Shown: piece after piece, positions 42,213 to 51,820 of the stretch | Position numbering within the stretch: the first letter of the stretch is position 1 | Layout of the letters: every line of letters starts with the position of its first letter | NCBI GenBank assembly: GCA_963793595.1 | Contig: CAWCBX010000007.1 | Location: 3,588 to 67,587 of the forward strand | Reading direction: 5' to 3' | DNA length: 64,000 nt | Source: an uncultured Gammaproteobacteria bacterium | GTDB taxonomy: Bacteria > Pseudomonadota > Gammaproteobacteria > GCA-001735895 | Notes under the pieces: generated by a model | Database searches by the model: none | The model's input: only the letters and a program-made list of their open reading frames with translations | Told to the model about the DNA's origin: nothing | Translations under genes and position numbers: made by a program

Positions 42213-42721
42213 GGGTTAGCCCGCTTAAACTGGCAATTGTTCCGCTGCTGATGTTCGGCTTTGGATTCGCGCTGGTGCCCTTGTACGACGTGTTTTGTGA
42301 TATCACCGGTTTAAACGGCAAGACCGGGCGTATCGAGGCCACGGAAATCGACGCCGCGCAGGTGGATACTTCGAGGACGATAGAAGTGCGTTTCCTGGCA
42401 AATACCAATACCGGGTTGCCGTGGAGCTTTGAACCGCTGGTCAGGAAGATGTCGGTTCATCCCGGCCAGGTTTACGAAGCCGTGTATCGGGTGCGTAGTA
42501 CCAGTGATAAACCAACGCTGGGCCAGGCTGTGCCGAGTGTTTCGCCGGGACTGGCCGCGCAGCACTTCAACAAGACGGAGTGTTTTTGTTTTACCCAGCA
42601 GGAGCTGGCTGGATTTGAAAGCCGCGATATGCCGCTGCGATTTGTCGTCGGCAGGGATATATCGGACAAAATAGAACAGATAACCCTGTCCTATACATTT
42701 TTTAGTCTGGACCAGGGTTAA
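42209..42721 (+). CDS. ctaG: Cytochrome c oxidase assembly protein CtaG/Cox11
   Basis: MFGFGFALVPLYDVFCDITGLNG and NKTECFCF. Confidence 0.9.
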   Translation: MRVSPLKLAIVPLLMFGFGFALVPLYDVFCDITGLNGKTGRIEATEIDAAQVDTSRTIEVRFLANTNTGLPWSFEPLVRKMSVHPGQVYEAVYRVRSTSDKPTLGQAVPSVSPGLAAQHFNKTECFCFTQQELAGFESRDMPLRFVVGRDISDKIEQITLSYTFFSLDQG

Positions 42722-42761
42722 CAGGTTTTTAACGTATTCAGGATATAGAGAGAGATAATCC

Positions 42762-43637
42762 ATGAGTAGCACAAGTAACGCAGATTATTATGTACCGCAT
42801 GGCACGCACTGGCCGATCATAGGTTCTATCGGCTTGAGCCTGACCGTTATCGGTTTTGCCAACTTCCTGCATGGCACCTGGAGCATGACACCTATTTTTG
42901 TGGGTCTCGCGATTCTTATCTTCATGATGTACGGCTGGTTCGGTACGGTAGTCGATGAATCTATAAGAGGCCTCTACAATAAACAGGTCGACATGTCGTT
43001 CCGTTGGGGTATGGGCTGGTTTATTTTCTCGGAAGTCATGTTCTTCGCCGCCTTTTTCGGTGCGCTGTTTTATGCGCGCATGTACTCGGTTCCATGGCTC
43101 GACGGTGCATCAAACAATGATGCCACCGCGCAGTACCTGTGGCCCGACTTCGAAGCCACCTGGCCTCTGCTGAGCCTGCCACTGGGCGAAAAATTTGCGC
43201 AAGCAAGAGAAGTTATAGGACCCTGGGGCCTGCCTGCGCTTAATACCGCTATCCTGCTGACTTCGGGCTGGACGATTACGCTGGCGCACTGGGCACTGAA
43301 GCGCAAGGATCGTGACTGGCTGGTTTACTGGCTGTTCGCCACCGTGGCGCTGGGATTCGGCTTCGTGTTCCTGCAGGGCGTCGAGTATGTGCATGCCTAC
43401 CAGGATTTAAATCTGCGTCTAGATTCAGGTATTTACGGCAGTACCTTTTTTATGCTTACCGGGTTTCATGGTTTCCACGTGACCATGGGTGCGACCATGC
43501 TGCTAATCATTATGATTCGCTGCGCCAAGGGGCACTTTACCCCGGAAAATCATTTCGGGTTTGAGGCGGTCGCCTGGTACTGGCACTTCGTGGATGTGGT
43601 GTGGTTAGGCCTGTTTATATTTGTCTACTGGTTATAA
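42762..43637 (+). CDS. coxC: Cytochrome c oxidase subunit III
   Basis: FFMLTGFHGFHV, WYWHFVDVVWL and a seven-TM profile. Confidence 0.95.
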   Translation: MSSTSNADYYVPHGTHWPIIGSIGLSLTVIGFANFLHGTWSMTPIFVGLAILIFMMYGWFGTVVDESIRGLYNKQVDMSFRWGMGWFIFSEVMFFAAFFGALFYARMYSVPWLDGASNNDATAQYLWPDFEATWPLLSLPLGEKFAQAREVIGPWGLPALNTAILLTSGWTITLAHWALKRKDRDWLVYWLFATVALGFGFVFLQGVEYVHAYQDLNLRLDSGIYGSTFFMLTGFHGFHVTMGATMLLIIMIRCAKGHFTPENHFGFEAVAWYWHFVDVVWLGLFIFVYWL

Positions 43638-43827
43638 ATTGGCTTTTTTCACGATTGCTGCGTTAGACCCGTGCTCAAACCATCACGTATTTTTATACGC
43701 TCAGGTTTTCGGCTCGGGCATCCTGCTTCGCTCTAGCTCCTGCATCCCTGCAGTCGTGCGCGCGGATTTACCTCGCACTCGCAAAAAAATCCTAATTTAT
43801 TAATAAGATCTGGTTCTGTTGATAGAA

Positions 43828-43853
43828 ACACGGCCTAGGCCGTGTTTTTTTTT
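43828..43853. terminator. Intrinsic terminator (ACACGGCC-TA-GGCCGTGT followed by T9) shared by the cox operon and the convergent GGDEF-EAL gene
   Basis: A perfect 8-bp palindromic stem plus a T9 run. The TAG stop of the minus-strand gene (43835-43837) lies in the hairpin. Confidence 0.8.
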
Positions 43854-45658
43854 GCCGCGGGACAACTTTTTACCGGCCTGTCGGCCAGCAGCATTTCGAA
43901 ATTTCTGACTGGCACGGGTTTTGAGTAAAAATAACCCTGAGCAAAGTCGCATGCAAAATCTTTCAGTATCTGATCTTGAGTGTCGGTTTCAACGCCTTCC
44001 GCAACGACTTTGATGCCCAGCTTATGTGCCATCACGATAATTGCTTCGCATAATGCCAGGTCGTTTTGATCGTGATCCAGGTTGCGTACGAAGGATTGAT
44101 CTATTTTCAGGTAATCGATATCGAATTGCTTCAAATATGACAGCGAAGAATACCCGGTCCCGAAGTCGTCAATCGAGATTTGTATCTCGGCATCGTGAAA
44201 GTCCAGTAATCGATTGGTTATCTGGTCCCTGGCATCCATCAACAGGCCCTCGGTGATTTCAACCGCGATAGCCTGGCCACTGATGCCAGCCTGCTGTAAA
44301 TGTGAAAACCACTCGGACATGGCAGCGGCCTTATCGATCCACTGCAGTGGTGAAGTGTTGATGCTGACCTGGAAGTCAATATCAAACTGTTCGCGCCAAC
44401 GACTCACCTGTTCGGTGGCAGTGTAAAAAACCCAGTTTCCTATGTCAGAAATCAGCCCACTTTCCTCGGCGATGGGTATAAATACGGAGGGGCTGACCAG
44501 GCCTGATTCAGGATGATGCCAGCGCAGTAGAGCTTCGGCTTTATTGAGCATGCCGCTTTGCAAATCGATAATAGGCTGATAGTAAATCTCAAACTGCTGC
44601 TGTTGCATCGCTTCGCGCAAATCCTTGATCATTTTGCGTTTCCTAAGTGCGCGTTGCTGCAACTCGGAGGTGAAGAAATGGTATCGATTACGCCCCTCGC
44701 TCTTGGCGGCATACATCGCCTGATCGCCATTGCGTTGCAGGACTTCGATTTTTTTACTATCCCCCGGATAAAACGTAACGCCGATGCTGGCGGTGAGAAA
44801 GACTTTCTCGTTGTCCAGCTGGTAGGGTTCCGCGAGGACGTCGAGTATTTGCTGACATACGGGCTGTACTGACAGTTGATCGTTGATCTGTCCCAGAATA
44901 ACAGTGAATTCATCGCCACTGAGGCGCGAAACCGTGTCGATTTCGCGTATCGTTTTTTTAAGTCGGCTGGAAATTTCAATGAGCAGCAAATCCCCCATAT
45001 CATGGCCCAGCGAATCGTTAACATCCTTGAAGCGGTCCAGATCAATGTACAGCAGTGCCAGTGATAAGTTGCTGCGATCGCAGGAGCGAATTTCATGTTC
45101 GAGCTTCTGTAAAAACAGGTTACGATTGGGCAGGCTGGTCAGGGGGTCGAAATTGGCCTGATTCCAGATAACAGTCTCGGCGTGTTTGCGTTCCGAGATA
45201 TCGCGAATGTACGCATTGAATTCCTGCAGGTCAGCCGAATCGATAACAGATACCGATAACTCGATAGGGAATTCATGGCCGTCGCGATGCAGCGCGTGAA
45301 TTTCGATCAGGCTATTCATGACCGAGGTTTTGCCTGTTTCCAGAAACCTTTTCATGCCTTTCTTGTGGGCATCCCGATAGCGTTCGGGGATGATAGTCTG
45401 TTCGATTGTCTGATCGAGAATTTCTTCAGCACTCCACCCAAAAACCTTCTCGGCCTGATGGTTCCAGCCAGTTATATAACCATCAAAGTCCATTTGCACT
45501 ACGGCATCAATCGATGAATCAAAAAACGCTTCGAGCTTGTTGTGTTGCGCAAGAATAATCTCTTTCTTCTGGCGCAGGTCTACCTCAAGCGCTTTCACTC
45601 TTTCTTCGAGCAGGCTCTTTTCGTCATTCTCATCTTCTGCGGAATCGATTTCCGTCAT
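43835..45658 (-). CDS. Coiled-coil-PAS-GGDEF-EAL signalling protein (c-di-GMP turnover)
   Basis: PAS block, then a GGDEF domain with RxxD (REID) 5 aa before SGDEF. EAL motifs are EALLRW, DDFGTGYSSL, KIDQSFV and EGVET. Confidence 0.9.
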   Translation of the reverse strand: MTEIDSAEDENDEKSLLEERVKALEVDLRQKKEIILAQHNKLEAFFDSSIDAVVQMDFDGYITGWNHQAEKVFGWSAEEILDQTIEQTIIPERYRDAHKKGMKRFLETGKTSVMNSLIEIHALHRDGHEFPIELSVSVIDSADLQEFNAYIRDISERKHAETVIWNQANFDPLTSLPNRNLFLQKLEHEIRSCDRSNLSLALLYIDLDRFKDVNDSLGHDMGDLLLIEISSRLKKTIREIDTVSRLSGDEFTVILGQINDQLSVQPVCQQILDVLAEPYQLDNEKVFLTASIGVTFYPGDSKKIEVLQRNGDQAMYAAKSEGRNRYHFFTSELQQRALRKRKMIKDLREAMQQQQFEIYYQPIIDLQSGMLNKAEALLRWHHPESGLVSPSVFIPIAEESGLISDIGNWVFYTATEQVSRWREQFDIDFQVSINTSPLQWIDKAAAMSEWFSHLQQAGISGQAIAVEITEGLLMDARDQITNRLLDFHDAEIQISIDDFGTGYSSLSYLKQFDIDYLKIDQSFVRNLDHDQNDLALCEAIIVMAHKLGIKVVAEGVETDTQDQILKDFACDFAQGYFYSKPVPVRNFEMLLADRPVKSCPAAKKNTA

Positions 45659-45720
45659 ATATCAACGCGTTAGCTGGATAGTGAATCAAGTATAGTGTTT
45701 TTTATACAATCAACAGGCAC

Positions 45721-45745
45721 AAAAAAAGCCCGGCATGCCGGGCTT
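45721..45745 (-). terminator. rpoH intrinsic terminator
   Basis: On the minus strand: AGCCCGG-CATG-CCGGGCT followed by T7. Confidence 0.8.
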
Positions 45746-45767
45746 TGATTTTAAGGTCTGACCTGTC

Positions 45768-46634
45768 TCAGGCTACGAACGAAGTCTTGATCGATTTGAA
45801 CGCATTGCTTTCAATCTGACGGATTCGTTCTGCAGAGACGCCGTACTCATCAGCGAGTTCATGCAGGGTCGCTTTGGGTTCATTCAACCAGCGGCGAGTA
45901 ACGATCGCCTTGCTGCGGTCATCGAGATTCTCCATTGCCTCGCTGAGCATATGCGTATTAGTTTGCTCGGTGTCCTGCGCCTCGAGTAGCAATTCGGGTG
46001 AGGGTGTATTCGATGTTAACGAATTAGCAGGCGCAAGATAGGCAGTATCGTCATCTTCATCACTGCTGGGGTCGAAACCAATATCATAATTGTTAAGCCG
46101 ATTTTCCATCTCGATGACGTTCGCGCGGGTTACCCCCAGCGTTTCGGCGACATGATCGATTTCTTCCGACTTGAACCAGCCAAGACGGGTTTTCTGGCTA
46201 CGCAACTTAAAGAACAGTTTGCGTTGTTCCTTGGTAGTGGCGACCTTGACGATGCGCCAGTTTTTCAAGATATATTCGTGAATCTCGGCTTTTATCCAGT
46301 GCACTGCGAAAGAAACCAGTCGCACCCCGACTTCGGGGCGAAAACGTTTCACTGCTTTCATCAAACCAATGCTGCCTTCCTGAATCAGATCCGCGATTGA
46401 AAGCCCGTAACCGGCATAATTATTCGCAATTTTAATAACGAAACGCAGGTGCGGTAGTACCAGTTTTTGAGCCGAGGCTATATTTCCGGTTTCCTGCAGA
46501 TCCTGTGCCAGGGCATACTCTTCTTCGGGCGTTAGAATAGGCACGGATCTGGCTGCCTGAATATAGGCATCCAGATTGGAGCTGCCCACTAATACGGGCA
46601 TGGTGTTAGTTACATTGACCAGTTCTGTGCTCAT
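45768..46634 (-). CDS. rpoH: RNA polymerase sigma-32 (heat shock)
   Basis: RpoH box QRKLFFKLR, LIQEGSIGLMKAVKRF and YGVSAERIRQIE. The start is taken at MSTELV. Confidence 0.95.
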   Translation of the reverse strand: MSTELVNVTNTMPVLVGSSNLDAYIQAARSVPILTPEEEYALAQDLQETGNIASAQKLVLPHLRFVIKIANNYAGYGLSIADLIQEGSIGLMKAVKRFRPEVGVRLVSFAVHWIKAEIHEYILKNWRIVKVATTKEQRKLFFKLRSQKTRLGWFKSEEIDHVAETLGVTRANVIEMENRLNNYDIGFDPSSDEDDDTAYLAPANSLTSNTPSPELLLEAQDTEQTNTHMLSEAMENLDDRSKAIVTRRWLNEPKATLHELADEYGVSAERIRQIESNAFKSIKTSFVA

Positions 46635-46832
46635 AATTGACCTCGATTTTGTGTTATCTAGCACTCTTGCTAGTCGAGTGCTAAACATTAGAGCATAAAC
46701 ATCCTAAACAGTTCAAGTTTATTAGCAAATATTAATATACATGCTAAGCGTATGGATATTAACGCAAAATACTAATGTTATACGTTGAAATTCGATCACT
46801 AGATCAGTGATAGTGAGATTTGGTGATTTTTC

Positions 46833-47660
46833 TCAGGAATTTAATGCTTCGCTTTGACGCTTGATATTGACCAGGGTCTGTAATCTTGACAATAAATCAT
46901 CTTCGTCGACCGGCTTGGTTATAAAATCATTCGTACCGGCGCCGAAAATTGCTGTGAAATCAGTACGTTCGTCTTCGCCAGGTTCAATGGTCATCAATAG
47001 TATCGGCAGGGTCAGATAGTCGAGGTTCAGTTTATTACGTATGGTCTGGATTAATTCGAAGCCATTCATACTACCGTCCAGCGTCAGGTCGGTAATCATC
47101 ACGTCGAAACTGCTACTGGGATTCACCGCCAGGTCCTGTTTCAGAAACTCGATAGCTGCACCGGCGTCTCGGAAATGAGTGTATTTGATGTCGTTCTTAT
47201 CCAGTATTCCGGTGGTGATTGCAGTAGAGGTGGCACTTTTATCCACGTACAAAACATTTACCGGTAATTCGTTATAGGTGCCGAGGAAGTTGAGGATAAA
47301 ATTAACCAGAGATTTATGCCCCTCAGCCTTGTCAAAATAGGCGGTTACCGCGTCGGTGTCGTCCATGCCAGCGCCCATGATGCGAGTATCGGTATCGCCG
47401 GAAACGACGAAAATAGCGGTATCTTTATTCCTTGGAGTCTGTCGAATCAGCTCGATTAACTGGTAACCGTCAGTATCTGGTAACGAGATCCCGGTGGTGA
47501 TGATCTCGAATTCAAACCTTTTCACCGCCGTCATCGCTTCCTTTCCAGTACCGCAGGCAATTATGTCGAGGTCGGGCGCTCGGCTCGAAATTTCCTTGAA
47601 CAGAATTGTACGGGCGGAATCCGAAGAATCAATCAGCAGTAGGCGACGTTTACCGGGCAT
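46833..47660 (-). CDS. Stand-alone tandem receiver (REC-REC) protein, no output domain
   Basis: Two CheY-like halves. The second has MITD (acceptor Asp), LLMT and FITKP. The first has LLLIDSSD, but Gly/Thr appear where the acceptor Asp is expected (IITTGISLPDTDG). Confidence 0.7.
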   Translation of the reverse strand: MPGKRRLLLIDSSDSARTILFKEISSRAPDLDIIACGTGKEAMTAVKRFEFEIITTGISLPDTDGYQLIELIRQTPRNKDTAIFVVSGDTDTRIMGAGMDDTDAVTAYFDKAEGHKSLVNFILNFLGTYNELPVNVLYVDKSATSTAITTGILDKNDIKYTHFRDAGAAIEFLKQDLAVNPSSSFDVMITDLTLDGSMNGFELIQTIRNKLNLDYLTLPILLMTIEPGEDERTDFTAIFGAGTNDFITKPVDEDDLLSRLQTLVNIKRQSEALNS

Positions 47661-47671
47661 TTGTTCTCGGG

Positions 47672-48661
47672 TCAGGTTGGTTCTATTTGATTCAGGTGCC
47701 GCGCAACTGCAATCCAGGAGCCGGCCAGTCCAAGTAGAGTACTAGATGTTATCAGAATGATAAAGTCGTGAAATGAAAAAGTAATCAGGTTCATATCCGA
47801 CTGATACAGCAGGTTCAGACGCTCCAGTGGACCCGAAATTGCGAGATATCCTATCTCGACAATCAACCACGAAATGATGCCTCCCAACAAACCGTACCAG
47901 ACGCCGCCATAGAGAAATGGCCGTCGAATAAATGCGTCGGTGGCGCCGATTAACTTGGTGACGATTATTTCCTGGTAACGATTTTGAATATCGAGTCTTA
48001 TCGTGTTACCGATGATCAACAAGACCGCAAAGGCGAATAGTATTGTGATGATGATTACCGAACGCTTGGCGATTTCAATGATCGTGTAAAGTCGTTCCAG
48101 CCATTCGGTGTCCAGTTTGGCGATTTCAACCTCCGGCATGGCCTGTAAGCTATTGAGCAGGTTGCGCACCGTAAAAGTATCGGCTTCGACGGGTTCGACG
48201 ATAATCGTATGGGGTAGTGGATTACTGCTAAGCGTATCAATGCTTTTTCCAAACCCCGAGTTTTGACGAAATTCTTCGAGTGATGCCTCGCGCGAAATAA
48301 ATCGGGTGGATGCGACATTTGCCGTGGTTGCAATTTGTTTCTCGAGTGTACGCGCCTGTTTTTCACTGATGTTCAGGTCAAGATAGAGGCTGATCTGGGA
48401 ACTGGAGCGAAAATCGCCGGATATGGCATCGATATTCTTTAGAAACAGATAAAACCCACCGGGCAGTGACAAGGTGATACCGATGACTGCTACCGTCATG
48501 ATTGTGGTCGTCGGAGCCTGGTAAATCTTATCCAGGCTAAATAGTAGTGATTTCAGGTGATGCAGCAGATAGGCTGATATGCGATTTGAAGTCGCGGGTC
48601 GATCGCGTCGCACGTTACTTCCAGCCACTGGTTGCCTCCTGGTCGGTGTCCGCGAGATCAT
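47672..48661 (-). CDS. ftsX: Cell division ABC transporter permease FtsX
   Basis: Four TM helices, a periplasmic loop and a position after ftsE. The start is uncertain: the ATG at 48661 overlaps ftsE by 47 nt, and a GTG near 48613 is an alternative. Confidence 0.88.
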   Translation of the reverse strand: MISRTPTRRQPVAGSNVRRDRPATSNRISAYLLHHLKSLLFSLDKIYQAPTTTIMTVAVIGITLSLPGGFYLFLKNIDAISGDFRSSSQISLYLDLNISEKQARTLEKQIATTANVASTRFISREASLEEFRQNSGFGKSIDTLSSNPLPHTIIVEPVEADTFTVRNLLNSLQAMPEVEIAKLDTEWLERLYTIIEIAKRSVIIITILFAFAVLLIIGNTIRLDIQNRYQEIIVTKLIGATDAFIRRPFLYGGVWYGLLGGIISWLIVEIGYLAISGPLERLNLLYQSDMNLITFSFHDFIILITSSTLLGLAGSWIAVARHLNQIEPT

Positions 48662-49313
48662 TCAGAATTAACTGGCCGTTGTTTAAGGTGATGCGGGGTT
48701 TGTCCAGTTCCTCGATCAGGCCGAGATCGTGGCTTGCCACCAGCACGGTAACGCCGACCTGATTGAAATCAACAAATATCTCCATGATTTCACGAGATAG
48801 CACCGGATCGAGATTGCCGGTGGGCTCGTCGGCGAGCAACAGCATGGGTTTGTGCACTACCGCGCGAGCAATCCCGACGCGTTGTTGCTCCCCACCGGAG
48901 AGCGTGATTGGCAGCGATTTCTCCTTGCCCAGTAATCCTACCTTGTCGAGAGCTGCGCGAGTGCGCTTGGCTATTTCCTGCGGCCGATAACCCTGGATCT
49001 GCAGTGGCAGGGCTACATTGTCGAACACTGGTCGATCGAACAGGAGTTGATGATCCTGAAAAATAATGCCGATATTGCGGCGGATATAGGGTATGCGGTG
49101 ACGTGCCAGGTTGTTGAGGTTTATCCGGTTTAACAACGCCTGGCCGCGGGTTGGTTTCTCTATCAATGCGATAATTTTCAGTAGCGTGCTCTTACCGGCG
49201 CCAGAATGCCCGGTCAGAAAGGCCATCTGGCCATCACCGAGCTTTAGCGAGACATTGCTCAACGCCTGATAGCCACTCTCGTAGCGTTTGGTTACATTGT
49301 GAAATTCGATCAT
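48615..49313 (-). CDS. ftsE: Cell division ABC transporter ATPase FtsE
   Basis: Walker A GHSGAGKST, signature LSGGEQQR and Walker B LLLADEPTG. Confidence 0.95.
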   Translation of the reverse strand: MIEFHNVTKRYESGYQALSNVSLKLGDGQMAFLTGHSGAGKSTLLKIIALIEKPTRGQALLNRINLNNLARHRIPYIRRNIGIIFQDHQLLFDRPVFDNVALPLQIQGYRPQEIAKRTRAALDKVGLLGKEKSLPITLSGGEQQRVGIARAVVHKPMLLLADEPTGNLDPVLSREIMEIFVDFNQVGVTVLVASHDLGLIEELDKPRITLNNGQLILNDLADTDQEATSGWK

Positions 49314-49328
49314 GCTAAGGTTTCAATG

Positions 49329-50294
49329 TCAGACATCGGCCAGTAAGGCGTCGACAAATTCCTCATTGTCAAAGGGTCGCAGGTCATCAACCGATTCACC
49401 GACGCCAATATAACGGATTGGTGTTTGTAACTGTTCGGCGACACTGAAGATCATTCCTCCCTTGGCGGTGCCATCGAGCTTGGTCAGTACTATCCCGGAA
49501 ATTCCAACCGTATCGCGAAAATTACTGGCCTGCGCCAGTGCGTTCTGGCCGGTACCCGCATCTAGCACCAACAGGGTTTCCTGCGGGGCATCGGGGTCGA
49601 GCTTGCCCATGACACGTTTAATTTTTTCCAGTTCATCCATCAGGCTCATCTGGGTATGCAATCGGCCGGCGGTATCGGCTATCAGTACATCAATGCCACG
49701 CGCCTGGGCGGATTGCAGAGCGTCATATATTACCGATGCCGAATCGGCTCCCTGGCCTTGTTTGATCACCGGTACATCTAGTCGATCGCCCCAGCTTTGC
49801 AGTTGCTCCACCGCGGCCGCGCGAAAGGTATCGCCGGCGGCCAACATGACCTGGAGCCCCTGGCTTTTGAACTGTTGGGCAAGCTTGCCGACAGTAGTAG
49901 TCTTGCCGGCGCCGTTGACGCCTACCATTAGTATCACGAATGGCTTGTTAGCGCAGCTGACGTTTAGCGGAATAGCACAGGGTGCGAGAATCTCCGACAT
50001 GATGCGCTTGAGCGCGCCGATCAGGTTCTCACTATCATTCAGTTGCCTGCGTTGTAGCGATTCGGTCAGGCGCGAGGTGATTTTATGTGTCGCCGGCATA
50101 CCAACGTCTGCCATCAGCAACTGATCTTCCAGCTGCTCGAGTAATTCATCGTCAATCTGCTTTTTACCGAGCAGTAAGTCGGCCAGCCCGCTAGCCAGGT
50201 TTTGCCTGGTTTTCGACAGGCGTTGGCGCAGTGATGCGAACAGGCCGGCGGGCTTCTCCGTATCATTCTTGCTGGCAGATTTAAATCCAAACAT
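49329..50294 (-). CDS. ftsY: Signal recognition particle receptor FtsY (short N-terminus)
   Basis: NG domain: GVNGAGKTTT, DTFRAAA, DTAGR and TKLDGTAKGG. Confidence 0.95.
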   Translation of the reverse strand: MFGFKSASKNDTEKPAGLFASLRQRLSKTRQNLASGLADLLLGKKQIDDELLEQLEDQLLMADVGMPATHKITSRLTESLQRRQLNDSENLIGALKRIMSEILAPCAIPLNVSCANKPFVILMVGVNGAGKTTTVGKLAQQFKSQGLQVMLAAGDTFRAAAVEQLQSWGDRLDVPVIKQGQGADSASVIYDALQSAQARGIDVLIADTAGRLHTQMSLMDELEKIKRVMGKLDPDAPQETLLVLDAGTGQNALAQASNFRDTVGISGIVLTKLDGTAKGGMIFSVAEQLQTPIRYIGVGESVDDLRPFDNEEFVDALLADV

Positions 50295-50393
50295 CGTTTT
50301 TCCGGGAATCAGAATTCAGGCACAATATGCTAACAGAAAGCGATTCCATCTGTGCACTCCTAAGCGGCATAAAGCTCGAGTAAAGCAATTCAT

Positions 50394-50957
50394 ATGAAAC
50401 CTCAAGTCAGAATCATTGGTGGCAAATGGCGTGGCCGCAAATTGTCGGTAGTTGATGCCGAGGGTTTGCGCCCGACCCCGGACCGCGTGCGTGAAACGCT
50501 GTTCAACTGGCTGGCGCGGGATTGCCAGCAGGCATCGGTGCTCGATTGTTTTGCCGGTAGTGGGGCGCTCGGATTCGAAGCATTGTCGAGGGGAGCAGTG
50601 CGACTGGTTGCGCTCGAACAGCACCCGAAGGCAATTGCTAATCTAAAGCTTCAGGCCGAATGCTTCGAAACCAGCGCAATTGAAATCCTGCGCGGCGACG
50701 CTCTAAAGTCTATTAGCCAGCTGCGGCAAAAATTCGATATCGTGTTCATTGATCCTCCCTATGCCGAGCCACAATTGCGGGCGCAGGTATTCAGGCTGCT
50801 CGAAGAACGGCATTGCCTGCAACCGGCTGCGCGCATTTATTTTGAATGGCCAGGCAACGAAAGCTTCGACCTGCCATCTCCCCGCCTGCAATGGTTGAAG
50901 CAGAAAAGCGCGGGCCAGGTCAATTATGCTATAGCCGAATGGCAGCTAAGTCGTTAA
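50394..50957 (+). CDS. rsmD: 16S rRNA (guanine966-N2)-methyltransferase
   Basis: IIGGKWRGRKL, DCFAGSGALGFEALSRGA and DPPY. Confidence 0.9.
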   Translation: MKPQVRIIGGKWRGRKLSVVDAEGLRPTPDRVRETLFNWLARDCQQASVLDCFAGSGALGFEALSRGAVRLVALEQHPKAIANLKLQAECFETSAIEILRGDALKSISQLRQKFDIVFIDPPYAEPQLRAQVFRLLEERHCLQPAARIYFEWPGNESFDLPSPRLQWLKQKSAGQVNYAIAEWQLSR

Positions 50958-51010
50958 AATCGGCCGACTCTTCCGCCCCCCCAGATGACGCTGGAACACA
51001 GAGGTAACCT

Positions 51011-51499
51011 ATGACAGGTATTGCAATTTATCCTGGTACTTTCGATCCGGTAACGCGGGGTCATATCGACATTTGCGAGCGAGCATTGAAAATGTTCGAC
51101 CATGTCGTGATCGGCGTCGCCGACAGTCTTGCCAAGGAACCTTTTTTCAATATCGGCGAGCGTCTGGATATGCTGGAGACGGTATTTGCGGACAATGAGG
51201 CCATTTCGGTGAGACCTTTTTCCGGCTTGCTCATCGACTTTGCTCGAGATAACGATGCCGACGTCATCGTGCGGGGTTTGCGCGCGATATCTGATTTTGA
51301 GTATGAAGTTCAACTGGCGGGCATGAATCGCTCCCTGGCGCCCGAAATAGAAACTGTCTTCCTGACCGCGGCGCAACACTATGCGTTTGTGTCATCTAGC
51401 CTGGTTCGTGAAATTGCTCGCCTCGACGGGGATGTTTCCGAGTTTCTGCATCCTGAGATTCTGCGTCGTTTGACGGCAAAGTTGAAAGCCTGCAAGTGA
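51011..51499 (+). CDS. coaD: Phosphopantetheine adenylyltransferase
   Basis: YPGTFDPVTRGHID, VRGLRAISDFEYE and SSSLVREI. Confidence 0.96.
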   Translation: MTGIAIYPGTFDPVTRGHIDICERALKMFDHVVIGVADSLAKEPFFNIGERLDMLETVFADNEAISVRPFSGLLIDFARDNDADVIVRGLRAISDFEYEVQLAGMNRSLAPEIETVFLTAAQHYAFVSSSLVREIARLDGDVSEFLHPEILRRLTAKLKACK

Positions 51500-51519
51500 A
51501 TGTTCAGCTGGAGCAATAA

Positions 51520-51780
<261 letters not shown>

Positions 51781-51820
51781 TATCAGCTTGTTCAGCTAGT
51801 AAAGGTTGTAAGCAGACGTT

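Noticed and set aside
43700-43795. A possible fourth, distant copy of the rpoD-tRNA repeat family (..gctcctgcatccctgc..cactcgcaaaaaaatcct..) downstream of coxC.
   Set aside because: Only short, scattered matches are present, and the covarying hairpin with the ATTAA loop is absent. The similarity is not distinguishable from chance by eye.
48615-48661. The 47-nt ftsE/ftsX overlap considered as a programmed recoding site.
   Set aside because: It is more simply explained by an alternative in-frame GTG start for ftsX just after the ftsE stop. No slippery sequence is evident.
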